Positions 49,601 through 58,745 of a DNA stretch of 64,000 nucleotides are shown here, piece after piece. The position numbers and the translations under genes were made by a program. The first letter of the stretch is position 1, and each line of letters begins with the position of its first letter. The DNA comes from Candidatus Hydrogenedentota bacterium (lineage in GTDB: Bacteria; Hydrogenedentota; Hydrogenedentia; Hydrogenedentales; SLHB01): NCBI GenBank assembly GCA_045863295.1, contig BTWA01000034.1, positions 517 to 64,516 on the forward strand, written 5' to 3'. Below the pieces are notes generated by a model. That model did no database searches, was not told the DNA's origin, and saw only the letters and a list, made by a program, of their open reading frames with translations.

Positions 49601-49858
49601 CGGTCACTCTCGAAAGGAACTGTTGACCAAATCTACCTTGCGCTTCGGCTCGCGCTCGTCCATTGCATCGGAGAGGGGGGGGAGACCATTCCCCTTCTAC
49701 TTGACGACCCCTTCGCAAATTACGACGACAATCGCCTGGCGACCGCTCTTGGCCTGCTAAAGACCGTAGCGGAATCGAACCAGGTCCTCCTGTTTACCTG
49801 CCGCCAGGACGTAAGCAGGGCCGCCCATGGGCTTCAAGTGCCGGTTATCGAACTGTAA
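46694..49858 (+). CDS. Rad50/SbcC-like coiled-coil ATPase, YhaN (AAA_27) type
   Basis: Walker A GPNEQGKTT; long coiled coil with a central hydrophobic hairpin; LSKGTVDQIYLALRLA, LLLDDPFANYD, QVLLFTC. Confidence 0.9.
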   Translation: MQLSKLFIDGYGRFCGREIELQPGLQVIVGPNEQGKTTLRHFITDMLYGQKRSATQRLYDEANELRRPWNDPDTYGGRLTYRLDEGREIEVQRNFERRNESVYIYDLTHARDITREFEVLRNREPLFAEKHLGISKAVFVNTATIGHASLDQLGDDEALGQIREKILSLADSGDETGSSESAIRYLEARIGVIGKPVANSRRPLPLSRARLAQVEEEYRLALAIQREVQQVENRRLAVIAELNQLRERRDALDLELHSLDHAERVKRLEDAEALSKRIHDATQKCFSLSRVREFPVDNGPEVQRTANVVATARAQVERTRNEIAQLEQRFHEEEDRLGANGSPTLAEIPEDSEQRLAELETSIARIKERLETLEQSRAATSDRLAQAQEELDSLPDFSQIAADPVEWLQQTASGFHLAVQQREAEKRRLAEMKRELEMIEGDIAQPTIIFSAFEDFSAQARDYEIQSRVWEEKSKEYRNRIEEYQTHAEELNEHTPGYMWGSIFMSVLTIGLVLGAIFLELQLMFISASISAVAAAGAFLAWVYSQRRVQKEMARAEFAQDELHEMEEEFSEQRDKMDSAVRMAGYESVRELEALYDRYVKLAADRDGLSMKVEAQEALVRREDDFTARQLARIQEQFQQVGAEVHHEQDVQAAATRAIARYQEYRDAKRRVMENRSRPTQLDQELEALREEFEALRQEDIDLSLGVRKLMRDSGFRDEKNHASALSALRAYRIRTANVREKVGRVNALSEQMESTRARLLAEEEDLLAQEKKLQAVLKEAGATSIDHYHKLAQDAKVYRESWDERVRSEEKLEALLRGESLEALRLSVEEAPQAVVPSGRASAEIKNEWAEISDRMEALAKEEHALHIELAQRNAGARSLNELEEDRANLAERLAALQREFDAAVHAAALIEDIARNRHARIAPRLASLASDYLSAITGGAYGELLLNRDLVISVRIPQTERLAEDPERSLSKGTVDQIYLALRLALVHCIGEGGETIPLLLDDPFANYDDNRLATALGLLKTVAESNQVLLFTCRQDVSRAAHGLQVPVIEL

Positions 49859-50098
49859 CGGGGTATTCGGATCGGAATCACTGGAAAATCCAAGGTCCTT
49901 CTGGTAGCATAACCCCGGGGTTTCCTGTTACCAACAGCCCCGTCGCACAGTCAAACCGGATTGTGAAAGGTGCCTTTCCCGGAAAGCGATACAGTTACGA
50001 TCCCGTAACGAATGGTTCGCTCACTTGTAGGTAATGTCGGTAATCTGAATGTCGCCCTCAGGAGAGATTTTGTGTCAATCGGGTTCTTACAACCACAG

Positions 50099-50848
50099 AT
50101 GGGCCATCCCGGCACGGAGACGGTCGTGAAGAAACAGCCCGTGTTTTCCGTCATCATCCCTGCCTATGATGAGGAAAAATTTCTTCCCAAATGCCTGGGC
50201 GCCATACAGAAAGCCATCGACCGTCTGGGCGAAGAGGTCGAAGTCATTGTCGTCGATAACAATAGCCGGGATCGCACGCCGGAAGTCGCCCGGGAATTCG
50301 GCGCCAACGTCATTCACATCGCCAAGAAGAATCTCTCCCATATCCGTAATCAGGGCGCCAAGCACGCTTTGGGCAAAAATCTGGTTTTTATTGATGCGGA
50401 CAGCGTTATGTCCGACAATATGCTTATTGAAATCCGCAAGGCCCTGGAAACCGGCAAGTACGTCGGCGGTGGCATTGCCAACTGCATGACGGATCGGGTT
50501 TCGTTCGGCATCATCGCCAGCATGGCGCTAATGGCGCCACTGTGGCTGCGCGACCGCACAGCCATGGTTGTGTTCTACACGACCCGCGAGAATTTCGAAT
50601 CCATCGGCGGATTCAACGAAGACCTGCACACGATGGAAGATTGCGATTTCGGCCGCCGCCTGAAGCGCAAAGGCAAGGAAATCGGCAAGAAGTACAAAAA
50701 CATGTTCTCGGCCAAAGTCATCACATCGGCAAGGAAATTCGATGAATACGGTGACTGGTACCTGCTGACCCGTCCCCTGACGGTGTTGAAGTTTGCCAAG
50801 AATGACCCCGTGGCGGCCTATGAGTTCTGGTACCGCCCGCGCCGCTAA
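50099..50848 (+). CDS. GT2-family glycosyltransferase
   Basis: SVIIPAYDEE, VVDNNSRD, FIDAD, GGFNE..EDCDF, TSARKF; start could be GTG 50126. Confidence 0.92.
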   Translation: MGHPGTETVVKKQPVFSVIIPAYDEEKFLPKCLGAIQKAIDRLGEEVEVIVVDNNSRDRTPEVAREFGANVIHIAKKNLSHIRNQGAKHALGKNLVFIDADSVMSDNMLIEIRKALETGKYVGGGIANCMTDRVSFGIIASMALMAPLWLRDRTAMVVFYTTRENFESIGGFNEDLHTMEDCDFGRRLKRKGKEIGKKYKNMFSAKVITSARKFDEYGDWYLLTRPLTVLKFAKNDPVAAYEFWYRPRR

Positions 50849-50948
50849 ACCGGCCATTTCCCCCTGAATCCCCCGTTTATACATATCCCGTGATTCCTTC
50901 CAGTTCGCCCGGTTTTCGAACTGAGATATGCGAACTGTACCAATACAA

Positions 50949-50992
50949 CGCGCGGACGTACTCGAAAGGGAACGTCCGCGCGGCATTTTTTT
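50949..50992 (+). terminator. Intrinsic terminator-like hairpin between GT2 and pseI
   Basis: CGCGCGGACGT/ACGTCCGCGCG stem, GAAA loop, then a T7 run. Confidence 0.7.
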
Positions 50993-51040
50993 GAAGCCCG
51001 GGACTGGACATTCCGCCGTATCCACCCGTTACACTGGGAC

Positions 51041-52111
51041 ATGGAAAATACACACGTGATTCGAATAGGGAATCGCGCCATCGGGCCTGGCCACCCTGTA
51101 TACATCATCGCCGAGTTGTCCGCGAACCATTTGGGCGATTTCGCCAGGGCCGAGCACCTTGTGCGCACTGCAAAAGCCGTCGGCGCCGATGCCATCAAAC
51201 TGCAAACCTATACGCCCGAAGGCATGACCCTCGATTGCAGCGCACCCCCCTTTCAAATTGAGGGCGGCACCGCGTGGGACGGAAAGACCGAATTCGAGGT
51301 GTACCGCGAAGCAGCCACTCCGTGGGAATGGCACGCCCCACTGCGCGGCCTGGCACTGGATCTTGGACTCGAATTCTTTTCCACGGCCTATGACACGGCC
51401 GCCGTGGAGGCACTGGAATCACTGGGTGTACCGGCCTACAAAATCGCGTCGTTTGAGTTGGTTGACCTTCCGCTGATCCGGAGAATCGCCGAAACAGGCA
51501 AGCCCGTTATCTTGTCCACAGGCATGGCCACGTTGGACGAGATTGACGATGCTGTAGATACGTTTGAAGAGGCAGGGGGAGATCAATTGGCCTTGCTGCA
51601 CTGCATCAGTGCCTATCCCGCGCCGCCAGACGAGATGAACCTGCGCACCATACCCGACCTTGCACAGCGCTACGAAGTGCCGACCGGCCTCAGCGATCAC
51701 ACGCTAGGGTCCGTGGCAGCTACCGCCGCGGTTGCACTGGGAGCTTGTATTATTGAAAAGCATCTCACCCTTTCCCGGTCGGACGGCGGTCCAGACGCGT
51801 CGTTTTCCGCGGAGCCCCCGGATTTCCGAGCGTTAGTGGAATCAATCCGGACAACTGAGCAGGCCCTTGGCTTCGCGCACTACGGCCCGACCCAGTCTGA
51901 ACAGGCCTTGGTAAAGTACAGACGATCGCTGTTTGTTTCACGAGATATGCTTGCTGGTGAACCATTTACAACAGAAAATGTACGAGTGATCCGTCCCGGT
52001 CATGGCCTTCCACCTAAGGACTTGCAGGTAGTGTTGAGAAGTCGCGCAAAGAAAGATGTTTCTCTAGGCACCCCTTTGTCCTGGGATCTTGTCGAACGAG
52101 ATGATTCGTGA
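51041..52111 (+). CDS. pseI: Pseudaminic acid synthase / NeuB-family nonulosonic acid synthase
   Basis: IAELSANH, KLQTYT, YKIASFE, LLHCISAYP, GLSDHTLG, IEKH, C-terminal SAF domain (IRPGHGL). Confidence 0.85.
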   Translation: MENTHVIRIGNRAIGPGHPVYIIAELSANHLGDFARAEHLVRTAKAVGADAIKLQTYTPEGMTLDCSAPPFQIEGGTAWDGKTEFEVYREAATPWEWHAPLRGLALDLGLEFFSTAYDTAAVEALESLGVPAYKIASFELVDLPLIRRIAETGKPVILSTGMATLDEIDDAVDTFEEAGGDQLALLHCISAYPAPPDEMNLRTIPDLAQRYEVPTGLSDHTLGSVAATAAVALGACIIEKHLTLSRSDGGPDASFSAEPPDFRALVESIRTTEQALGFAHYGPTQSEQALVKYRRSLFVSRDMLAGEPFTTENVRVIRPGHGLPPKDLQVVLRSRAKKDVSLGTPLSWDLVERDDS

Positions 52112-52445
52112 TTGTATTTTATCAATGAGATCTTCATTTAATTTAAATTGCTGGAGTGCTGCATGCCAAGAATACGGTGAAGTCACCAATCCCTCCATGT
52201 CACACCTCGTTTTGAATGCAAAGTGCCCAATAGTTCAATTATTATGAATTGCTTTTCAAATTTATGTATTTATGGTATGATGCCAGCCTCGACAAATTGG
52301 CCCGAGTAATCACTAACTGGAAAGGTCTAAGAGGACAATGAGATAACGTTAATCTTGCCATGTATTGAATTCGTGCGGTAAATACGGAATTAGTTGCCAG
52401 AAGATGACTGCAAAACTAGTTGAAATTAAATAGAGACTTAATATT

Positions 52446-52766
52446 ATGAAAATCGAGCCTTCCGATCTCTGGATTCAGTCGCTTACTGAAGAGGAACGGC
52501 AGTTCCTGAAACGGTTTCTGCTGGCTTCCGGCTCACTGAAATCCTTGGCCGAGGACTACGGCGTTTCCTATCCAACGTTGCGTTCCCGCCTCGATCGGCT
52601 GATCGCAAAGGTAAAACATCTGGATACTCCGGGAGATGTCGACCCGTTTGGCCGACTGCTTGAAGTGCTTATTGCGGAGGGAGTACTGCTTGCGACCACG
52701 GCCCGGACGCTGGAACAGGCGCATAAGCGCTCGCTGATGGAAACGCGCTCGCCAGACCGGCTATGA
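52446..52766 (+). CDS. DUF2089-family HTH protein
   Basis: FLKRFLLASGSLKSLAEDYGVSYPTLRSRLDRLI. Confidence 0.85.
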   Translation: MKIEPSDLWIQSLTEEERQFLKRFLLASGSLKSLAEDYGVSYPTLRSRLDRLIAKVKHLDTPGDVDPFGRLLEVLIAEGVLLATTARTLEQAHKRSLMETRSPDRL

Positions 52767-53714
52767 CGGGTTTGCGCTAACCAGCACCCGCGCAAAGCCC
52801 TCGCTAATGGAAAATGCCCGTTGGTATCTGGGCTCTACGACAAAGCGGCCCTTCTCGTCGATGTACCCCCACTCGCCGTTGGTTCTAACGGCGGCCCTCC
52901 CATCGACAAAGGGACGCACCCGCTCGAATCGGGCCGGAATGACGATACGGCCAGAGTCGTCGGCAAATCCCCAGAAATCGCCGGTTTGCACCGGCATCAG
53001 TGCGGCCGAAATCACAGGACCTTCCTCAGGGCTGGCGGCATCGCCCAGGTATGCGCCTTTCGTGTCTATGTAGACCCAGCGATCGTTTCTCCACACCGTG
53101 GCTTTGCCATTGCGGAAAGGGGCCGCGCGCCGGAACTGCGGTTCGATAACCACTTTGCCCTGCAAATCGATGTAGCCGTACTGCCGGCCTTCCCGCATGA
53201 CCGCCATACCCTCACTGAAGGGCAAGGCCTGGTCAAAACGGGGTTGAATTGCCCAGTTCCCCTTGCGGTCGATGTATCCGTATTCACTGCCTTCAGAGGC
53301 GGGCGCCATGCCCTCTGAAAAAGTCCCCGCACGCAGAAAACGGGGTTGCACAACGAATGCGCCGGTGGGTTCGATATAGCCGATAGAACCGTTTATGGAG
53401 ACCGCCGCAAGTCCTTCACAAAATGGGCCTGCGTCGTCAAAACCAGGCGGAATTACCAGAGCACCACTCGGCTTGATGTAACCGTATTGACCGTTGACCT
53501 TGACCGCCGCAAGGCCTTCCTTGAAATCGAACGCGAATTCAAAATTGGCCGGAATCACCTCATGGCCGTCGCGGTCGATGAATCCAAATCTCGGGCTGTG
53601 GTTCTGTTTTTCCTGCAGGCTCTTCCATTCCCCGTTGTTGACAATCGTGACGCCACCCAAACCCACCAGCGCTGCCACGATGGCGGAAAAGAAGAAAGAA
53701 CCAAGTTTGGCCAT
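52761..53714 (-). CDS. WG-repeat protein with N-terminal membrane anchor
   Basis: Repeats of F.EG.A.V....YGYID..G..VI.P.F. Confidence 0.92.
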   Translation of the reverse strand: MAKLGSFFFSAIVAALVGLGGVTIVNNGEWKSLQEKQNHSPRFGFIDRDGHEVIPANFEFAFDFKEGLAAVKVNGQYGYIKPSGALVIPPGFDDAGPFCEGLAAVSINGSIGYIEPTGAFVVQPRFLRAGTFSEGMAPASEGSEYGYIDRKGNWAIQPRFDQALPFSEGMAVMREGRQYGYIDLQGKVVIEPQFRRAAPFRNGKATVWRNDRWVYIDTKGAYLGDAASPEEGPVISAALMPVQTGDFWGFADDSGRIVIPARFERVRPFVDGRAAVRTNGEWGYIDEKGRFVVEPRYQRAFSISEGFARVLVSANPS

Positions 53715-53967
53715 GGACTGTCCTCCCGATTCACCGGAGCGTGCTTAGACCGTGGCATCCACACGAAGGCAGACGCCCAATCCGCACTGCACGCCGCTGG
53801 ACAATTCGCATTACCTATCAGGCAATACGTAAACGGCACATTCTCTGTTCACTATCCTAACATATCGCATGCGCGCCGGATATGGGGTGGCGCGCGATGG
53901 GATGAGTTCCGGTCATGGCATCGGGGTACGGCCTACAGGCCGAAGGGTCATTTAGGTCACGAGCGGG

Positions 53968-54810
53968 TCACTTTTCTCCTGGAGCAGGGAGGGCCGGGGG
54001 TTTGGGGGGAGTGGCGATGTAGTGGACTTCACGGCCTTCTTCGTCCCAAGCGTGGCGGATGGCTTCAGGTCCGTATTTGCGTTCAAGGCTGCGCACGAGA
54101 AAGTGAGCCCATGCAGCTTCCTGATAGTGCTGCATGAACACGGCGTTTATCGCGGCGCCGCCGATCGCGCCGACAAGCGGTACACCCATGACGGCAACCT
54201 TTTCTGAGACCGTAACGCTGAAGCGGGAGGCGACGCCTTGGGTGAACCTTACGAGCGCGGGGGCCGTGAGGTTGGTAGCCTGTTGCGTGGCGAGGTAGCG
54301 GGCGGCCTCGTTGGTCGCCTTTGCAAGCGCCGCCCGCACGGCGAAGTACGATGATTCGGCGGCATCGTCCTTTTGGGTGACGCCGCCAAGAGCAAAAACC
54401 TGAACGCAGTTCAGCACGGTTTCCGGTTGCGACAAGTCCTCGCCGAAAGAGCGTGCGATGTCGGCGATGGATCGAAACATAACGGTGGTGGAAAGCGGGA
54501 GTTCCATGGCGAGGCCGGGAAGACCCCAGAATCCGCCAACGCCGCCGGAGACGACGACCATGCGTTTGTGCATTTTCGATTTGGGCGGGTGAAATTGCTT
54601 GCGGTTGTCGAGCGTGGCGATGGCGATTTCCATGCACTTCATAAGTGCACCGCGCACCAGCGTGTTAATCCTTCCGGAAACGGTTTTGGGGAGCGTGTCC
54701 ACGGCCTTTTCGAGCGGTACGCCAACAATGTTGAGCAGACGGATCATCAATCGGGGGTGTTCAAGGATCCGCTTTGCGCGGCCGAGGTCCTTGCGATCTT
54801 TTGTGTTCAC
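53968..54810 (-). CDS. EcsC-family protein
   Basis: FRSIADIARSFGEDL, VFALGG, VPLVGAIGGAAIN..FMQHYQ, LERKYG; GTG start after AGGAG. Confidence 0.85.
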   Translation of the reverse strand: MNTKDRKDLGRAKRILEHPRLMIRLLNIVGVPLEKAVDTLPKTVSGRINTLVRGALMKCMEIAIATLDNRKQFHPPKSKMHKRMVVVSGGVGGFWGLPGLAMELPLSTTVMFRSIADIARSFGEDLSQPETVLNCVQVFALGGVTQKDDAAESSYFAVRAALAKATNEAARYLATQQATNLTAPALVRFTQGVASRFSVTVSEKVAVMGVPLVGAIGGAAINAVFMQHYQEAAWAHFLVRSLERKYGPEAIRHAWDEEGREVHYIATPPKPPALPAPGEK

Positions 54811-54908
54811 TTCGCTACTCCTTGCGGCGCCGATCGTTTGGCGCGCTCTACGGCACTCGTTATACTCTGCTTGACACACATTGCGCCACCCAGGAGACAA
54901 TCAGTCGT

Positions 54909-55841
54909 ATGCCCATCGATCCATTGACCCAGTTGTGCGGCATTGTGACCGTATTGAACACGCCGTTTCTCGACGATGATTCCATCGATGTGAAAGGACT
55001 TGCGGCGAATGTGAATCATGCCATTGAAGCGGGCGTGGCGGGTTTCCTTGTTCCCGCCAAAGCGGGTGAGGTGGAAAAACTCTCCGAAACCGAGCGTGCG
55101 CTGGTGGTGGAGACGGTAGCCAGCACCTGTGCGGGGCGCGTACCCATCGTGGGTGGCGCATGGGCGGCGACCGGGGAAGAACGCCAACGGATAGTGCGTT
55201 CGCTCATGAGGTCAGGCTGTGCGGGAGTGCTGTTGAACATCCCGTACGAGAACGACGACCAATACCGGCGAGACGTGATGGAAATTGCCGCGTTGGATCC
55301 CGGGTTTATCATGCTGCAAGATTGGGACTTCGGCGGCTACGGCCTGCCTTTGCCGCTGATCGTGTCCTTGTTTGAGACCGTACCTTCGTTTCGCTGTCTC
55401 AAAATCGAAGTGGTGCCTGCGGGCGCGAAGTACTCCGAAACGATCGCGGCCACAGGCGGACGGTTGCACGTATCCGGCGGGTGGGCAGTATCGCAGATGA
55501 TCGAAGGGCTGGATCGGGGCGTTCATGCGTTTATGCCGACAGGAATGCATTGGATATACACGACGATATACCGCTTGTTCGCTTCAGGCGACCGCACAGG
55601 GGCTCAGGCATTGTTCAACCGGCTGTTGCCAGTATTGGCGTTCTCGAATCAACACCTCGATATTTCCGTACACTTCTTCAAGCGGCTTTTGCACGCGCAG
55701 GGAACGTTTGCCACGAGCCGCGTGCGCGAACCGGTAGCGAAGTTCGATGCGTTTCACGAGAAGAGCGCGCGCGAATGCATTGAACTGGTTCAAACGATGG
55801 AAGCGGAAATCCGAGGCGCTACGATGGCATTGAATCTGTAA
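54909..55841 (+). CDS. Dihydrodipicolinate-synthase-family (DapA-like) lyase
   Basis: GIVTVLNTPF, AGEVEKLSETER, GRVPIVGG, CLKIE Schiff-base Lys. Confidence 0.87.
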   Translation: MPIDPLTQLCGIVTVLNTPFLDDDSIDVKGLAANVNHAIEAGVAGFLVPAKAGEVEKLSETERALVVETVASTCAGRVPIVGGAWAATGEERQRIVRSLMRSGCAGVLLNIPYENDDQYRRDVMEIAALDPGFIMLQDWDFGGYGLPLPLIVSLFETVPSFRCLKIEVVPAGAKYSETIAATGGRLHVSGGWAVSQMIEGLDRGVHAFMPTGMHWIYTTIYRLFASGDRTGAQALFNRLLPVLAFSNQHLDISVHFFKRLLHAQGTFATSRVREPVAKFDAFHEKSARECIELVQTMEAEIRGATMALNL

Positions 55842-56181
55842 GGGCCCGCAGTGCCTTGTCGGCCCTGTCGAATTCGCGCTGAATTCCGGCAAGAAGGATG
55901 TCCACATCGCGCCATGCGCCGGCTTCCAATGCAGCTTCCATTTCCACGGCAAGATCGCGCAGCGGTGCCGCGCCAATATTTGCGGACGATCCCTTTAACG
56001 CGTGGGCTTTCTTCTTGCCGGTCTCGCGATCGTTTTCCGCAAGCGATCGGATGAGGCCGTCAATGGATGATCGTGCATCGCGACGGTAGGCGTCGGCCAA
56101 CTCCAAGGCAAACGCCACGTCGCCTTCCGTTATATCATGGAACTGGCACGCCTTGATCGCTTCGCGCTCCCCGTTGGTCAT
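55819..56181 (-). CDS. Stand-alone Hpt phosphotransfer protein
   Basis: AHALKGSSANIGA Hpt motif. Confidence 0.9.
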   Translation of the reverse strand: MTNGEREAIKACQFHDITEGDVAFALELADAYRRDARSSIDGLIRSLAENDRETGKKKAHALKGSSANIGAAPLRDLAVEMEAALEAGAWRDVDILLAGIQREFDRADKALRALTDSMPS

Positions 56182-56185
56182 GCCG

Positions 56186-57733
56186 CTATACCATGCCCAT
56201 CGCGGTGAGCAGATAACGTATCAACGTCGAATCGACAATGGATTCCACGGGCGCGCGCTCGTCGCGAAAGACAATGCCACCCTCGTCACCGGGAATGAAA
56301 TTCTGCGCCGCGGCGGCAAGTGCGTCGACGAGGACAGACGACGTGTCTTCCGGGAGGGCCGCAATGTTCGCAACCAGGTTTTCCTGCGACGTTTCTTGCA
56401 CTGTGGCGACAAGTATGTTGTTCATTGACCACGGCACGTTAAATACGTGAACGCTTGGGTACACGGTACGCATCGTCGCCGCGATAGCCTCGACGAGGCG
56501 GCGGTCGTTCGGCAACGCCACTACGTTGAGCGATACAACGCCATCGTCGGACAATTTCGATCGAATCTCTTCAAAAAACTCCGCCGTGGTAAGGTGCCAC
56601 GGAATGTAAGGCACTTTGTAGGCATCGAGCACCACCACATCGTACGGTCCAGATTGACGGTTCAATTCGTAGCGCCCGTCGCCGATGATTACGTTCAGGT
56701 TGGGTTCATTCATGTCGAAGTAGCGGCGGCCCGCGTCGACGATCTCCGGATCCAGCTCGATGCCGTCGATTTGAGCGGGATGAAAAAAGCGATCGTACAA
56801 GTGGGAGATGGTACCCGCAGCCAGTCCCACTACGGCAACACGCCTCACTTCAGGGAAGGTACCCGTCGGAGTACGCATGAACGGCGCGACCAGCAGCGCC
56901 GTGTAGACGCCCTGCGGTTGGGAATCGGCATCTTCGCAGTGCAGCGAATGAAACCCCGCGCCCTCATTCAGGTACAGATAGGTGCAATTGTCTTTCCGGA
57001 TGATTTCAATGTAGTTGTATGCCGACTCCTTTTCAAAGATCTGTCCCGGCGAATTCTTTAAACTTCCGAAGGCCCACGCATACGATGGGGGTGCAAGCAG
57101 GAGAGGCAACAACAGCACGGCATAGGCTTTTCGAGGGCGCGACTGCAATGCGCCCACAATGCCCACGCATAGAAGCAGTCCGCCGAAAATCAACGCACTC
57201 AGCCGCGAGCCGGCCATGGGTATGACAAACAACACGGGGACATAGGCACCCAGTATGCTGCCCCAGGTAGAGACTGCGTAAATGCGGCCGCTGATGCGCC
57301 CCGCCTCAGCCACGTCGCGCACTGCCAGTCGAATCGCAAATGGCGAAAGGCAACCAAGCAACGTAACTGGAATGGCAAGCGCAAAAAGGACCCCCACGAG
57401 ACACCCCGCGATTGCCCCCACGTTCATCTGAGCCATCGCGGCGGCGCCCGTCTTTAGAAGGGCGCTCGTAAGCAAGAGAAAGAACACGCTGGAAAACCCC
57501 GCCAATGCGACGAGCACGTAAAACCGGCTGGCATCGGGATTCTTGTCCGCGATCCGGCCGCCCAGAAAATAGCCCAGCGTGAGAAACGCCAAGACCACCC
57601 CAATAACGTTAGCCCAAACGAGATTGGATGTCCCGTATACAGTCTGAAGCATACGGCTGGCCGTGAATTCCACGGCCAATGTAGTCAAACCGCCCATGAA
57701 CACAGTGAAATACAAGTAGCGGCGCGACGCCAT
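56186..57733 (-). CDS. Membrane-fused spermidine-synthase-like methyltransferase
   Basis: About 7 N-terminal TM helices (GRIYAVSTWGSILG); VVGLAAG, IELDPEIV, GDGR, LDAY. Confidence 0.88.
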   Translation of the reverse strand: MASRRYLYFTVFMGGLTTLAVEFTASRMLQTVYGTSNLVWANVIGVVLAFLTLGYFLGGRIADKNPDASRFYVLVALAGFSSVFFLLLTSALLKTGAAAMAQMNVGAIAGCLVGVLFALAIPVTLLGCLSPFAIRLAVRDVAEAGRISGRIYAVSTWGSILGAYVPVLFVIPMAGSRLSALIFGGLLLCVGIVGALQSRPRKAYAVLLLPLLLAPPSYAWAFGSLKNSPGQIFEKESAYNYIEIIRKDNCTYLYLNEGAGFHSLHCEDADSQPQGVYTALLVAPFMRTPTGTFPEVRRVAVVGLAAGTISHLYDRFFHPAQIDGIELDPEIVDAGRRYFDMNEPNLNVIIGDGRYELNRQSGPYDVVVLDAYKVPYIPWHLTTAEFFEEIRSKLSDDGVVSLNVVALPNDRRLVEAIAATMRTVYPSVHVFNVPWSMNNILVATVQETSQENLVANIAALPEDTSSVLVDALAAAAQNFIPGDEGGIVFRDERAPVESIVDSTLIRYLLTAMGMV

Positions 57734-57849
57734 TCAGAGCTTCCTTTTCCGGTGCCGGTTTGTCCAACGAACCCGCGCTGGCGGACGGTGTCCAATGTAC
57801 CGAGGAACGAGTTACGACAAGCCAAGGATATCAGATGAAGGATTCCTTT

Positions 57850-57878
57850 TTGCATTAATCGCAGTACTGGCATACGAT
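57850..57878 (+). promoter_or_regulatory. Candidate sigma70 promoter of lipoprotein 1
   Basis: TTGCAT, 17 bp, TACGAT; AGGAGG RBS downstream. Confidence 0.5.
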
Positions 57879-57940
57879 GATTGTTTCAACCCATCGCGAA
57901 ATGCCGCTGATGAACAGGACCCAAAAAGGAGGGGTGAGCC

Positions 57941-58585
57941 ATGAAGCAATTGTCGTTGTGGGCCGTGATGTTGCTGTTGGTAATTGGGGTCACCGCGTGT
58001 GGTGGAGAAAAGCCAGCCGAACCCGCGTCGCCGGACGGTGGCGGGGCGACCCTTGATCCTTCGTTGGCCGAACCCGGAGCCGCCGGGGGAGAAGGACCAA
58101 CCCCCGAGGAGTTGGCCGCCCAAGAAGAGGCCACACGGGCTGAGCGCAGAGGCGAAGCTGCACCAGAACAGGCGCCGGCGGAGCCCGCTGCTCCCGAAGC
58201 CATGGCCCCTGAAGCCGCGGCACCGGCGGCCATGGAAGTGACCGCCACGATCACCGCCAAGTTTGTTGCGGCAGGAGATGGCCACGCGCTGGAAGTAATT
58301 GAGGCCAAAGGTGCGGATGGCAACCCGATTCCGGAATGGGCAGGCGTGACGCTGGCATTTGCCTCGCCGGAAGCCAGCCAGGGCCTTGCAGCCAATCATG
58401 ACTTGATGGGCAAGACGTTGACCGTGACCGGCAAGGTGAATGCGGACGCAAAAACGATCGTGGTGGAAAGCCACGCCGAAGTGGCGGCCGCGCCCGAAGC
58501 TGGCCCAGTTGCCGTAGACCCCAATGCGGTGACCATACCTACGGAGACCGACGCGGCGGGAAGCGAAAGCGGACGGCGCCGTTAG
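57941..58585 (+). CDS. Lipoprotein, Ala/Pro/Glu stalk plus small beta domain (paralog 1)
   Basis: Lipobox VTAC; low-complexity linker; ATITAKFVAAGDGHALEV..WAGVTL..KTIVVE domain. Confidence 0.85.
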   Translation: MKQLSLWAVMLLLVIGVTACGGEKPAEPASPDGGGATLDPSLAEPGAAGGEGPTPEELAAQEEATRAERRGEAAPEQAPAEPAAPEAMAPEAAAPAAMEVTATITAKFVAAGDGHALEVIEAKGADGNPIPEWAGVTLAFASPEASQGLAANHDLMGKTLTVTGKVNADAKTIVVESHAEVAAAPEAGPVAVDPNAVTIPTETDAAGSESGRRR

Positions 58586-58643
58586 CGCAGGACCGACACC
58601 ACGGCCGTTCTTGGGGTTTGCATACGGGTGAACGTGGCGTTTT

Positions 58644-58672
58644 TTGACATGAATCGGGCTGTTTTGTAGTAT
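58644..58672 (+). promoter_or_regulatory. sigma70 promoter of lipoprotein 2
   Basis: TTGACA, 17 bp, TAGTAT. Confidence 0.7.
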
Positions 58673-58745
58673 ATCGGGCATACACGCGAGGCAATCGCGC
58701 CCGCAGAACACCCCAACAAAACCCCAACAAAGGGAGAGGCTTGCG

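Noticed and set aside
58710-58731. Direct repeat ACCCCAACAAA x2 before the RBS of lipoprotein 2
   Set aside because: Only two short copies; most simply an unstructured A/C-rich translation enhancer or a slippage duplication
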